Virus record (IMG/VR): IMGVR_UViG_3300043446_003193
Coordinates: 145,444-209,443 of that record
Direction: 5' to 3' (one strand)
DNA: 64,000 bases
The notes below the pieces were generated by a model. The model was not told the origin of the DNA. It saw only the letters and a list, made by a program, of their open reading frames with translations, and did no database searches. Shown here piece by piece: positions 49,637 to 59,014 of the stretch (position 1 is its first letter; the number at the start of each line of letters is the position of its first letter). Position numbers and translations under genes: made by a program.

Positions 49637-50703
49637 TATGCAACTATTTGAAATATTAATTTATTATCAATTATTGTTGAAATTCCACTTTCAACTATTT
49701 TAAGTTTTAACCTATATGCTCTATTAATTGGTAAAGTATTTAAATCAACAATAAAATAATTTGAAGTTGAATCACAACTTAATTTACTATAATCTCCAAA
49801 AGGAATTATAATTTCATTAGTTGTATAATCTTCTAATTGATAATATGAAGATGTTGGTAAATACTTTGATTGGTCGTATTCAAATGTTGTACTAAATGAT
49901 TTTGAAGGAAACATATCTCTACCCTTAACTCTTATTTTTATTTTTTGATTAGCAGGATATTGTTTTTTTAAATTTGATACAACAACCTTATAACCATCTT
50001 CTGCAGAGCCGGTTACCGGTGCTAAACTTCCTGTTGAAACTGAACTATCATCCCAAACTATTTCTAATTTAGGTTCATATATTGTATTAGTTTCTTTTGA
50101 AAAGAATTTAAGAACACCATAATCTTGTGTATCGTTTTCTTTATCCAAAGCATGGTGTAATATAAATCCATTGTTTGGTAGAGAACCACTAACCCATAAA
50201 TTTACAATACCAGTTACATCCATTCTAACATCATCCGATTCGTATGAATAAGATTGTGATGCCATAGATGCAGTATACCAAGTTCCACCACCACCATTGG
50301 AGATAGAGCCCGTATCGGAGCCACTCACATATGCATCTGGATTAATATCATATACCATCCATTCGTTTATACCATCTTTATAAAACCAACTAACACCATC
50401 TGTTGTTATGTTATCAAATTTAGTACCAGTTCCCATTGTCCAACTTTGAGAAACTGCGTTTGCATAAATTGTATATTCTAATGGAATTTCTTCGGATTTA
50501 GCCGCCTTTAAATTAAGATATGCTTTCCAACCACTTCCCGTTTCCAAATTAGAAACATTAAATTTAATCAATGTTCTATTTACATCTTTAGTAGCACCAT
50601 AATATAGTTTACCTACTTCTAATATTTCATCTCTCCCAGCATTTTGATTTGGTTGCTGTAAGTAGATACTTGCATCGTATGATGATGTATAAAATTTATG
50701 CAT
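49636..50703 (-). CDS. Virion protein with DNRLRE/CBM96-like domain
   Basis: DASIY..QPNQNAG....EVG...RTLIKF...DVTGIV..W......NNGFIL...PKLEI. Confidence 0.6.
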   Translation of the reverse strand: MHKFYTSSYDASIYLQQPNQNAGRDEILEVGKLYYGATKDVNRTLIKFNVSNLETGSGWKAYLNLKAAKSEEIPLEYTIYANAVSQSWTMGTGTKFDNITTDGVSWFYKDGINEWMVYDINPDAYVSGSDTGSISNGGGGTWYTASMASQSYSYESDDVRMDVTGIVNLWVSGSLPNNGFILHHALDKENDTQDYGVLKFFSKETNTIYEPKLEIVWDDSSVSTGSLAPVTGSAEDGYKVVVSNLKKQYPANQKIKIRVKGRDMFPSKSFSTTFEYDQSKYLPTSSYYQLEDYTTNEIIIPFGDYSKLSCDSTSNYFIVDLNTLPINRAYRLKLKIVESGISTIIDNKLIFQIVA

Positions 50704-52706
50704 TATATAGCCCTCCCTTTTATGTCTTTATTTGGATATTTTACTTCAAATACACACGGATCTAATGAAGGATATACAATCTTTCCCTTAGTCGCTTCGT
50801 CTATATTATATTTGTTTGGTGAATAATTACCATCTCCTCCACATAAGTTTGAAATTTTAACAGAAGGTACACTCATTACACCATCTACATTTGCAAGTAT
50901 TAATTCTATTTCGGAAATGTTTATTGTTTTGTTGAAAGACCATTTATCTATATTAAAATATTCTTGAATCTTTGTTAAACAATTAGCAAGAACTTCTCTT
51001 TTATTGTAGTTTTGATATGCAACAATTTCAAAATCAACACCAATATTTACAACAAAACCATCAATAATATTAACTGCATCAGTCATCAATCTATATTCAC
51101 CTAAATATGTTTTAAGATTTTGTTTAACTGCCTGATTTAGATTAGTTAATTTTTTATTACTATCATAACCCAACACATACATATTAATTGCAAATGGATT
51201 ATTTGTTTCTGCTATATTTGATTTCTTTTGTGAAAGATATTTAACCAATTCCTTTTGTATTTCAACTTTTGATTTACCTTGTAATCCTTCAACAACACCT
51301 ACAAATTCTGCTATATTTTTTGGAGAAGAAAGTATAGATGCAGGAGAGTTATTGTCTATTTCACCATCTGGACTTACATATACTTTTGCAACGCTACCAT
51401 ATCTTTCAGGCATTGATAACGCTCTTACGATATAATCTTGTCTAGTTACTGCTCTATTTTGAGAACCAAACATTGCAATTGCATTTTGTCTAATTTCTTC
51501 TACTGATTCTGCTCCTCTACCACCAGTTGCAGATTCTAAGTTTTCAACAGCAACTGATTGTTTTATTGTATTATATACCGTCTGATTATCAACTGCTAAT
51601 AAATCTTCATCAAATTCAATTCTTCTTATTGTTGTTAAATCACCTTGATTAACATTTGATTCAACACCACCACCTACTAAATATTTTACAGTCAATGTTT
51701 CACCGCTAGGTGCAATTCCGAATGTATTTGTCTTTAAGAAATTGGATGGGTCAATACCTTGATTTAATCTATTGATTGAATTTGCTAATCCTAATCCTAC
51801 ATTTTTAGTATTTGGTAATAGTTTTTCATCTTCATATCCTGCAGAATTATTACCACTTCCAAATTGTAAATCCATTGTATTATCTGAATTTACTTTTACT
51901 GAAAATCTATTCGGTACTTTTTGTACTTCTAAAACATAAGGAACTGAACCAGAAAATTGAGATAATTCTGAATTTGATTCTGTATTTGCTTTTTCAATAA
52001 AAATACTTTCTTGTGCCAAATAAGGAACTTCATACCATTTTGTTGAACCACCATCTGATGTTACTGAAACTATTTGGATTATTTTATCATCATTTATAGT
52101 TGTAGAAGGATAATCAGTTGATGAATTAAATAATATTGTTGTTTCCTTTTCAATAGCCGAAATTGCTTTTATTTTTTTACTAATCAAATAAAATGTTGGT
52201 TCACCCGTCATATCTCTTTCATACACATCAATTTCTCTATCGGTTGGATTTTCAAAATCAACAGAATCAGTTGTTCTAAAAATAATAGATGAATTGGTTG
52301 TTGATTGTATTTCTAAACCATCTTTAATTTTTAAATAATATCTTTCATCTGGTTTATTTGAAGAACCTGAACCAACAGCGGGCACTAATTGATATACAGT
52401 AATTGTTGTAACCGCAGGTGTTGTAACCTTTGGTTTATATCCCATTGTTTGAGCTAATGCAACTACATTTTTTCTTTCAGTTGCGTGTGCTATCATTGAT
52501 TCTTTTAATTGAACATCTTGATAGAAAGATAACATATCTCCTATTGCTGCAGCCTGTTCAACAAATACCATACCCGGTGATGATTCATTGAAATCCGAAT
52601 AACTATTTGGAAAATATGTTTTAGTAAAATCAATTAAATTTTGCTTTAATTGGCCAAAATCTTTTCCAACATAATTTATAGTTTTATTTAAGTTCTTGAT
52701 TGCCAT
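50703..52706 (-). CDS. Baseplate wedge protein, T4 gp6 / baseplate J-like
   Basis: DF..LK.NL, DFNESSPG, A...GYKP, FGSG, GG...ES.EEIR.NA...F..QNRAVT..DY. Confidence 0.9.
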   Translation of the reverse strand: MAIKNLNKTINYVGKDFGQLKQNLIDFTKTYFPNSYSDFNESSPGMVFVEQAAAIGDMLSFYQDVQLKESMIAHATERKNVVALAQTMGYKPKVTTPAVTTITVYQLVPAVGSGSSNKPDERYYLKIKDGLEIQSTTNSSIIFRTTDSVDFENPTDREIDVYERDMTGEPTFYLISKKIKAISAIEKETTILFNSSTDYPSTTINDDKIIQIVSVTSDGGSTKWYEVPYLAQESIFIEKANTESNSELSQFSGSVPYVLEVQKVPNRFSVKVNSDNTMDLQFGSGNNSAGYEDEKLLPNTKNVGLGLANSINRLNQGIDPSNFLKTNTFGIAPSGETLTVKYLVGGGVESNVNQGDLTTIRRIEFDEDLLAVDNQTVYNTIKQSVAVENLESATGGRGAESVEEIRQNAIAMFGSQNRAVTRQDYIVRALSMPERYGSVAKVYVSPDGEIDNNSPASILSSPKNIAEFVGVVEGLQGKSKVEIQKELVKYLSQKKSNIAETNNPFAINMYVLGYDSNKKLTNLNQAVKQNLKTYLGEYRLMTDAVNIIDGFVVNIGVDFEIVAYQNYNKREVLANCLTKIQEYFNIDKWSFNKTINISEIELILANVDGVMSVPSVKISNLCGGDGNYSPNKYNIDEATKGKIVYPSLDPCVFEVKYPNKDIKGRAI

Positions 52707-52711
52707 TGTGT

Positions 52712-53155
52712 CTATTGTGTATTAACAGTTATTGTTGTTGATTCTGATAAATTTGGGTTTGATAATAATGAAAATTTTATTTCTAAATTTATAGTATGAT
52801 TATCAATATTATTGTTATCCCAAATATAGTTTATTCTATCTATGTTTATGTATGGTAACCATTGTTTTACAGCATCTTCAATGGTTGATTCAATTCTATT
52901 TTCAAATTCATCCGTTGAATATACTTGTTCAAATAACAAATTATAAATATCACAACCAAACTCTGGCTGCATCAATCTTTCACCTTTTCTAGTTAAAATT
53001 AAATTTTTTAAATTTTCTTTAGCTTGGGTTAGTGTTGTGTAATTGACAGAAAAAATACCTGCAGAATCAGAAGATTTATTAATTCCAATTCCAAGTATTT
53101 TATAATCGTTTTCTTTTAAATCCGTTACATTAACTTTACCAAGTTCTATTGCCAT
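52712..53155 (-). CDS. Baseplate wedge gp25-like protein
   Basis: NLKNLILTRKGERLMQPEFGC....LFE...WLPYI. Confidence 0.92.
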   Translation of the reverse strand: MAIELGKVNVTDLKENDYKILGIGINKSSDSAGIFSVNYTTLTQAKENLKNLILTRKGERLMQPEFGCDIYNLLFEQVYSTDEFENRIESTIEDAVKQWLPYINIDRINYIWDNNNIDNHTINLEIKFSLLSNPNLSESTTITVNTQ

Positions 53156-53664
53156 TATTTAAATCTTTTAACTAATTCCGAATAATCTCTTGTCAATGCT
53201 TTTACTGTTGCGTCTTGTAAACCATCTCCTGTTGATTCAAATTGTTGTGGAATATTTTGTGGGATATCCATTCCTCTATAATCCATAGTTTCCCAATCTT
53301 CTTCCATAGTTTGTTGTGGTTGTAACATATCTAATACGCTACTCACAGCAACTGCACCTTCCTTTCTCTGTTCAGCTGTAAAAGGTTGGGTTTGATTTAG
53401 AATTTCATTAATCATTGCATTTTTTGTAAATTCTTTTTGTGGTTTCTGTGGTTGCGGTCTTTGTTGTGTTGTAATCGCAGGTTGTTTTCTACCCATCGTA
53501 GTATTTACTTCCGTTAATTCTGCTAACGATGGTGTTGATTTCTTTTGTGAGTTTAATGTAACTGCACCAGATTTAATAAGTTTAACAAGTTCTTCTTTAA
53601 CTTGTTGTTTAACTTCATTTTTAACAACTTCTTTGATTAAAGTTAATAAAATTTCTGATTTCAT
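53155..53664 (-). CDS. Hypothetical protein
   Basis: 169 aa; LIKEVVKNEVK N-terminus; ALTRDYSEL C-terminus; own late motif at 53691-53698. Confidence 0.55.
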   Translation of the reverse strand: MKSEILLTLIKEVVKNEVKQQVKEELVKLIKSGAVTLNSQKKSTPSLAELTEVNTTMGRKQPAITTQQRPQPQKPQKEFTKNAMINEILNQTQPFTAEQRKEGAVAVSSVLDMLQPQQTMEEDWETMDYRGMDIPQNIPQQFESTGDGLQDATVKALTRDYSELVKRFK

Positions 53665-53710
53665 AATAATTGTTTGTATATGTTTTAGTAATAAATATTT
53701 GATTTAATAA

Positions 53711-55111
53711 TTATCCAATCGCCGGTAATTTTATATTTCCGATAGTTGGAAGGGTTGGTGTAGTTATTTCTGGAGTAGCAAATGTAGGAAGCTCCGGCAA
53801 TGCAGGTATTTCTGGTAATTGTGGGATTTCTGGGATTTCTGGAAGTTCAACCGTTGATGGAAAATCTGGAACAAAGGGCCCATCTATTACTTGATAACCA
53901 GACCATTGAATGATTGCCGGTGCAGGTGGTGCAGGTGGTGGATATTGTGCCATTACAGACATCGTCCCACTAACTCCTAATAAATGAAACTTAGCAACAT
54001 TTATAAATGGATCAATCATTATATTTGTTTTTGTACTCCAAACAATATTTGGAAGAACAAAATGAAAATATGGTATATCTGGAATTAATCCTTTTATTGC
54101 ATCAAATGCCATTGCCTTTAAATCTTCAATTGTTGGAATAGAATCTTCAATCATTTTTTTAAATTCTTCCTTTGTTGGAAGTTTTGGTATTGCTATGTAT
54201 TGAGATAAATCTATTTTTGGAATTACACCATCAATTGTATCCTTTACAAATTGTTTTATTTCTTTTTTAGTTGGTAATGGTTTTGGAATATTATTTGCAA
54301 GAGCAATAGCAGCTTCAACCTGCTGAATTATTGGTTGTAATATTATTTCTTCTGCAGCTGCAATAATTTGTTTTTTTATTTCTTCAACTGCTTTTTCAAT
54401 TAATTGATCCTGTATTTTATCAATTATTTCTTGTCTTTTAGGTAATTCTGGAAAAGGAAACTTTAATGCCTTCTTTATTTGTGCACCAATACTTGGTTTT
54501 TTCTTTTTAGCTTCTTCGTATTGATGATATACCTCTTTTGCTTGTTTTATAACAGGATGATTTTTAACTTCATCTGCTACCGGCTCTTTATTAATAATTT
54601 TTACAATAGTTTCATAAACATTCACATCTCCAATTGGAGGAATGTTCACCGTTGTTTTTTTTAAATCATCAATTAATCCTTTTAAAGTTTCAACCAATGC
54701 TTTGTGTATTGCTGCTGAAATTGTAAGTTGTATTGGGTTAGGTCCAATATTCATAACTGCTCCAGGTGCAGGTGGTGTAGATGGCCATCCTCCTGGTTTT
54801 AATAATGGATTTGGTATTGGTGCCATTTCTGCACCCATCCAATATGCATCAAATGCTGATGGATATATTTCTGCTAAAATATTAAAATTTTCTCCACCAC
54901 TATCTTGTCCTTTTTTTAGAGCATCTTTAATTACCGATGCCATTCCAGTAACATTACCATTCATTACTGGAACTCCGTAAATCATATCACCACCTCTCTT
55001 AATACATTTATCGTATTCTTGAGCGTACATTAGTGCAAAAGAATCTAAATCTTTAGCATATTGTCCAGAAACCATTTTTAATAATATGTTTAATTTGAAT
55101 ATAGCCCACAT
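53711..55111 (-). CDS. Pro-rich hypothetical protein next to the spike-like gene
   Basis: 466 aa; C-terminal P-x-[IL] tripeptide repeats. Confidence 0.5.
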   Translation of the reverse strand: MWAIFKLNILLKMVSGQYAKDLDSFALMYAQEYDKCIKRGGDMIYGVPVMNGNVTGMASVIKDALKKGQDSGGENFNILAEIYPSAFDAYWMGAEMAPIPNPLLKPGGWPSTPPAPGAVMNIGPNPIQLTISAAIHKALVETLKGLIDDLKKTTVNIPPIGDVNVYETIVKIINKEPVADEVKNHPVIKQAKEVYHQYEEAKKKKPSIGAQIKKALKFPFPELPKRQEIIDKIQDQLIEKAVEEIKKQIIAAAEEIILQPIIQQVEAAIALANNIPKPLPTKKEIKQFVKDTIDGVIPKIDLSQYIAIPKLPTKEEFKKMIEDSIPTIEDLKAMAFDAIKGLIPDIPYFHFVLPNIVWSTKTNIMIDPFINVAKFHLLGVSGTMSVMAQYPPPAPPAPAIIQWSGYQVIDGPFVPDFPSTVELPEIPEIPQLPEIPALPELPTFATPEITTPTLPTIGNIKLPAIG

Positions 55112-55112
55112 A

Positions 55113-56402
55113 TTATGATTTACTTAAATAGTTTCTTGCAGATTCTATGATTTTTAATTTACCCTTTATGGCTTTGAATACTGCCTGATTAACAGGTCCT
55201 ACCGCAGTTGGTCCAACTGGTGTAGCATATACCTGCTTTGTAATTGCATCTAAAATTTCTTCTAATATTTTAATTAATTCTCCCGCCAATACCATTCTTT
55301 GATAATCTTCACCTGCTTTACCTGATGTTTTCTTTACACCACCTAACCATATAGTACCCGTATTATCTGAAGATAAAATTATATTTCTTTTGGTTTGTAG
55401 TATAATATTGTTATCACTATGTATATGCGAATCACCAAAAGAATCTACACTAAATTTACCATCAGTAATTACACCAGTATTTCCTTTACCAAAGATAATA
55501 AATTCTTTAGCTTTGGCAGATAAAAGAATTCTATCGGAATTTACAGTCAATTGGTCTCCTTTTAATTTATCAGCAGTTGGGAAATCTTTAAATGCTATTT
55601 TTTGTTTTGTTATTGTTGGTTTAAACTTAGTATCAACTTTACCGGATGTAATGTATATGGATGTACCATCTTTATTAATATCTTCATCTACTAAAGTTCC
55701 TATTACTTTTGAATCTAATTCTGGATTTTGTTTGTTTCTTAGATAAATTCCAGGTGTAGAAGTTTTACCATCTTCTGTTAGAAAGAATTCAGAAAATCTA
55801 ATAGTATTTCCAACTCTACCACTTAATATAGTATCACCTTGTCTTGGTTTTAAAAATTTAATTTTTTCATTAACATTATAAGGTGGAGCAGTTTCTACTG
55901 AATTAGAGTTTTGAGTAGTTGATGTACCTGTTTGTTGAGTTGTTTTATATTTTTCGTTCTTATCAGATGTATCTTGCTTTTGTATTTTATAATCAGAAAA
56001 CTTTTCAGTAGTTTTATAATCCTGTCTATAATTTGGATATAATGTATTACTATATGGAAGATAGAAGAAATCATTTTCTATTTGAATAACAATTACGGTT
56101 TCTCCAACTAAAGGTAATGTAAAATTATTTTTATCAAATGGATATGCGTGGTATAATTTGTCAACAGAGAATGTATCATCTTGTTTGAAATCAATTGCAC
56201 CATAATATCTCGTATCTGTGTTTGATAGTTTATCGTTTTCGTTATATAAAACTAAACTATCGGCAACATTTCCTTCTTTACCTTTTTGGTATTCTAAAAA
56301 ATCTTCTTCGGTTACATATACTTTTACGACAGTTGATAAGAACGCACTAAAGGTTGATGACTTTTTATTACTTGATTCGTTATAATTGGTTACATCAAAC
56401 AT
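55113..56402 (-). CDS. Baseplate central spike / hub, gp5/gpV-like
   Basis: LPLVGE.V OB-fold motif, GD.ILSGR.GNTIRF, beta-helix-like repeats, TPVGPT tip motif; near gp25/gp6. Confidence 0.6.
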   Translation of the reverse strand: MFDVTNYNESSNKKSSTFSAFLSTVVKVYVTEEDFLEYQKGKEGNVADSLVLYNENDKLSNTDTRYYGAIDFKQDDTFSVDKLYHAYPFDKNNFTLPLVGETVIVIQIENDFFYLPYSNTLYPNYRQDYKTTEKFSDYKIQKQDTSDKNEKYKTTQQTGTSTTQNSNSVETAPPYNVNEKIKFLKPRQGDTILSGRVGNTIRFSEFFLTEDGKTSTPGIYLRNKQNPELDSKVIGTLVDEDINKDGTSIYITSGKVDTKFKPTITKQKIAFKDFPTADKLKGDQLTVNSDRILLSAKAKEFIIFGKGNTGVITDGKFSVDSFGDSHIHSDNNIILQTKRNIILSSDNTGTIWLGGVKKTSGKAGEDYQRMVLAGELIKILEEILDAITKQVYATPVGPTAVGPVNQAVFKAIKGKLKIIESARNYLSKS

Positions 56403-56806
56403 TATATTTTAGTTTTTATTTCTTCAATTTCAATTTGTAAATCTGTCATCTTTTCTTTAGATTCTGCCTCTACTTTATTAATCGTATCTTCCATATCAGA
56501 AAGTAATTGTGCCTTTTCTGTTTCACTCAACCAACCATCTTCACCAATACCTTTTGCTTCTGCAGCCGCCAATCTTTGAGCGATTGTTGCAAGTTTAATT
56601 AAATGGTCATCATTTTTAACTGATACTTCAATGAGGTCTTTGATGATTGGAGCAATAACAGTAGCCTCTCCAACATTACGGATAAGTTTTCTTAACGATT
56701 CAATTAATTCAGAAATGTTTTTTTTCTTATTTTGTTGATTGTCGTAAATATCTTTAAATAATGATGATAAGTTTTTACCATCAAATAACTGAAATTCTGC
56801 ACTCAT
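56402..56806 (-). CDS. Hypothetical coiled-coil protein
   Basis: 134 aa, preceded by the late motif at 56826-56833. Confidence 0.5.
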   Translation of the reverse strand: MSAEFQLFDGKNLSSLFKDIYDNQQNKKKNISELIESLRKLIRNVGEATVIAPIIKDLIEVSVKNDDHLIKLATIAQRLAAAEAKGIGEDGWLSETEKAQLLSDMEDTINKVEAESKEKMTDLQIEIEEIKTKI

Positions 56807-56848
56807 AATTCAATATTCTTTATAAATAAATATTCTTATATTATAAAG

Positions 56849-57541
56849 TTAAATCTTTATATCCCCATTATCCATAAACTGGTTGTATAATTCCATTTGT
56901 TTGTCTCTCATTTTATTAACAACTTTTGTAATATAATGAGTTGGATGACCGGTCATTTCTCTAATTAGAAGATATAATGATTTTTTATTAAATGATTCAA
57001 TATATTCTGCTCTACGGAATAGTTCTAATACGGCATCGGCAATTTGTATATCTCTTTTCTTTTGAAAATAGTTTTCTAAATGTGCATCCCAATACGCTAA
57101 CATTCTATTATTGAATGTACGATATTCATCATTTTTTTCTTCTTCTCTAAAGTTATTTTCAGTATCAAAAGATTCTGGCAATCCAGACATTATATCCGTA
57201 TCTTTGTATCTTTTGTAATTTGCATTATTATTTAGGATAAGATAGTTTCTCGCAACAATAGTAAAATATGAAAAGGCCTTACCTTTACCATTTTTGTACA
57301 TATGGATTTTTTCTACCATAAATGCAACAACCTCTGCCATTACATCTTGAGGGTCATCATCAAAATAAGTAAATTTCCATTTGTTATAAACAATCTCTGC
57401 TAATTTAGAAAATGCAGATGCAATTCTTTCTCTATATAATTTATCCTTAAGATTTTTATCCGTTGTCAAATTATATTCTATGATAGCATCTTCTGTATCT
57501 TTTGTAAAATACTGTCTATTTGGGCTTCTTTTTCTAGGCAT
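56849..57541 (-). CDS. Phage sigma factor, T4 gp55-like (late transcription); probable start MPRKR at 57541
   Basis: YFT......I..YN, KLAE, F.Y....QD, KAFSYFTIVARNYLI resembles gp55/sigma region 2. Confidence 0.7.
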   Translation of the reverse strand: MPRKRSPNRQYFTKDTEDAIIEYNLTTDKNLKDKLYRERIASAFSKLAEIVYNKWKFTYFDDDPQDVMAEVVAFMVEKIHMYKNGKGKAFSYFTIVARNYLILNNNANYKRYKDTDIMSGLPESFDTENNFREEEKNDEYRTFNNRMLAYWDAHLENYFQKKRDIQIADAVLELFRRAEYIESFNKKSLYLLIREMTGHPTHYITKVVNKMRDKQMELYNQFMDNGDIKI

Positions 57542-57800
57542 TTTTTTGTTGAGTTTTGAATCTTTCAATAGTTTCTTTTATTTGATAAAATATAGAACCT
57601 ACTTCATCATCCTTCTCAAACATTTCACGACTATCAATTTGTCGTAATGCCTCCAGTAATGCTTCGTTTCTTTTAATTTCGTTTTCTATAAACACTTCAG
57701 TTTCTTCAAGTGTTTCTTCATATGCTTCTAATTTTTTTAGAAGATTCCAAATTACATATCCTAATGTAATTACCAATAATGTTAATAATGAATATATCAT
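57534..57800 (-). CDS. Small membrane-anchored hypothetical protein
   Basis: N-terminal TM helix, acidic coiled coil. Confidence 0.55.
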   Translation of the reverse strand: MIYSLLTLLVITLGYVIWNLLKKLEAYEETLEETEVFIENEIKRNEALLEALRQIDSREMFEKDDEVGSIFYQIKETIERFKTQQKNA

Positions 57801-57803
57801 ATC

Positions 57804-58439
57804 TTATACAATTTCGTATCCTTTTAAATAAAATTTGTTTGCGTGTTTGTATTTAACTTCTACCATTTCTCCATTTGGAGATTTCATAATAATCTTATCA
57901 TTTCTACCATAGTTTACTTTTTTAAGTACAGTTGTAGAATACACTCTATCTTTAATAGTAATACCATCCAAATGGTCAATTTCGTGCTGAACAATAACTG
58001 TCATCATTGTTTCTTTAGAAACTTGTTCATTTGCTCTATCACCCTCTGGATTGATTTCAAATGTCAATTCACCTAAGTTATCAGTTTGTACAACAACTTT
58101 AGTTGCACGAATTGTTCTAACTGGCTTTGTTAAGGTTGTTGGTATTGATAAGCACCCTTCAAAAAATAAAAAACCTTCATTTGATCTTTCAGTAATTATA
58201 GGATTTACTAAAAATAACTCTTCATCTCCAAATTGGATATAACATGCTCTCTTTTTGATACCTAATTGAGTTGCTGAAATACCTAAACCAGGATGTTTTA
58301 TCAATGCTTCAGATAAAGTATTTTTTAATTCATTTGCTTCATCTTGAGTTATTTCTGTTTTGGGACAAGGAGTTTTTAAATACTCTACAAATTCTTTAGT
58401 TTGTAACCCACTTTTGTTTTTGTCAACAATTAATTTCAT
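57804..58439 (-). CDS. def: Peptide deformylase
   Basis: GLGISATQLG, EGCLS, QHEIDHLDG. Confidence 0.95.
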   Translation of the reverse strand: MKLIVDKNKSGLQTKEFVEYLKTPCPKTEITQDEANELKNTLSEALIKHPGLGISATQLGIKKRACYIQFGDEELFLVNPIITERSNEGFLFFEGCLSIPTTLTKPVRTIRATKVVVQTDNLGELTFEINPEGDRANEQVSKETMMTVIVQHEIDHLDGITIKDRVYSTTVLKKVNYGRNDKIIMKSPNGEMVEVKYKHANKFYLKGYEIV

Positions 58440-58442
58440 ATT

Positions 58443-58649
58443 TTATTTTTTAAGTCCGTATTTTATCCATTTATACCAAAATCTTTCATGTAGAAAGTAA
58501 ATTATTGGTTTTATTATTAATTCACCCAATCCAACCATTCCTGCCCATTTTAAAGGTAGTCCTGCGGTAATTGTAAGAATTATTGTAGTTATAGTTCCAA
58601 TAAATCTATAACTAATACTTTTTGCTATATGTCTTTTAATCAACGGCAT
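58443..58649 (-). CDS. DUF2061-like small membrane protein
   Basis: RHIAKSISYR..GT.TT...K..IYFLHERFW. Confidence 0.8.
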   Translation of the reverse strand: MPLIKRHIAKSISYRFIGTITTIILTITAGLPLKWAGMVGLGELIIKPIIYFLHERFWYKWIKYGLKK

Positions 58650-59013
58650 ATTCTATAACATCTCCATCGGTATCCATATACCCTTTTCTAATTTTTGTTC
58701 CACTAATCAATTCAACATCAGCAGGTGGGTGGTGATTGATTACATCATAACCTACACCTCTACCATAGTTTACACTTTCAATATCAGGAATGATACTGAT
58801 TAAAATTTTATCCATATTTTTTTGTATAAATGGTTCTTCGGTTAAATCCATCATAACTCTATGTGCCGATTTTGGATTGTTTTCATCTTCTTCTACATCT
58901 CTGATAGCTATCCAAACATCTTTACCTTTGTCCAATTGTTGTGAAATTAACCACTCATGTCCCGCGTGCCATGTCTGCCATCTTCCGATGAATAATGCGT
59001 ATTTTCTTTTCAT
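58636..59013 (-). CDS. Cytidylyltransferase-like (HxGH) nucleotidyltransferase
   Basis: FIGRWQTWHAGH, YGRGVGY, ISGTKIRK. Confidence 0.85.
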   Translation of the reverse strand: MKRKYALFIGRWQTWHAGHEWLISQQLDKGKDVWIAIRDVEEDENNPKSAHRVMMDLTEEPFIQKNMDKILISIIPDIESVNYGRGVGYDVINHHPPADVELISGTKIRKGYMDTDGDVIEYAVD

Positions 59014-59014
59014 A

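Noticed and set aside
56402-56806. Small terminase assignment
   Set aside because: Size and helicity fit but there is no diagnostic motif and it is far from gp17
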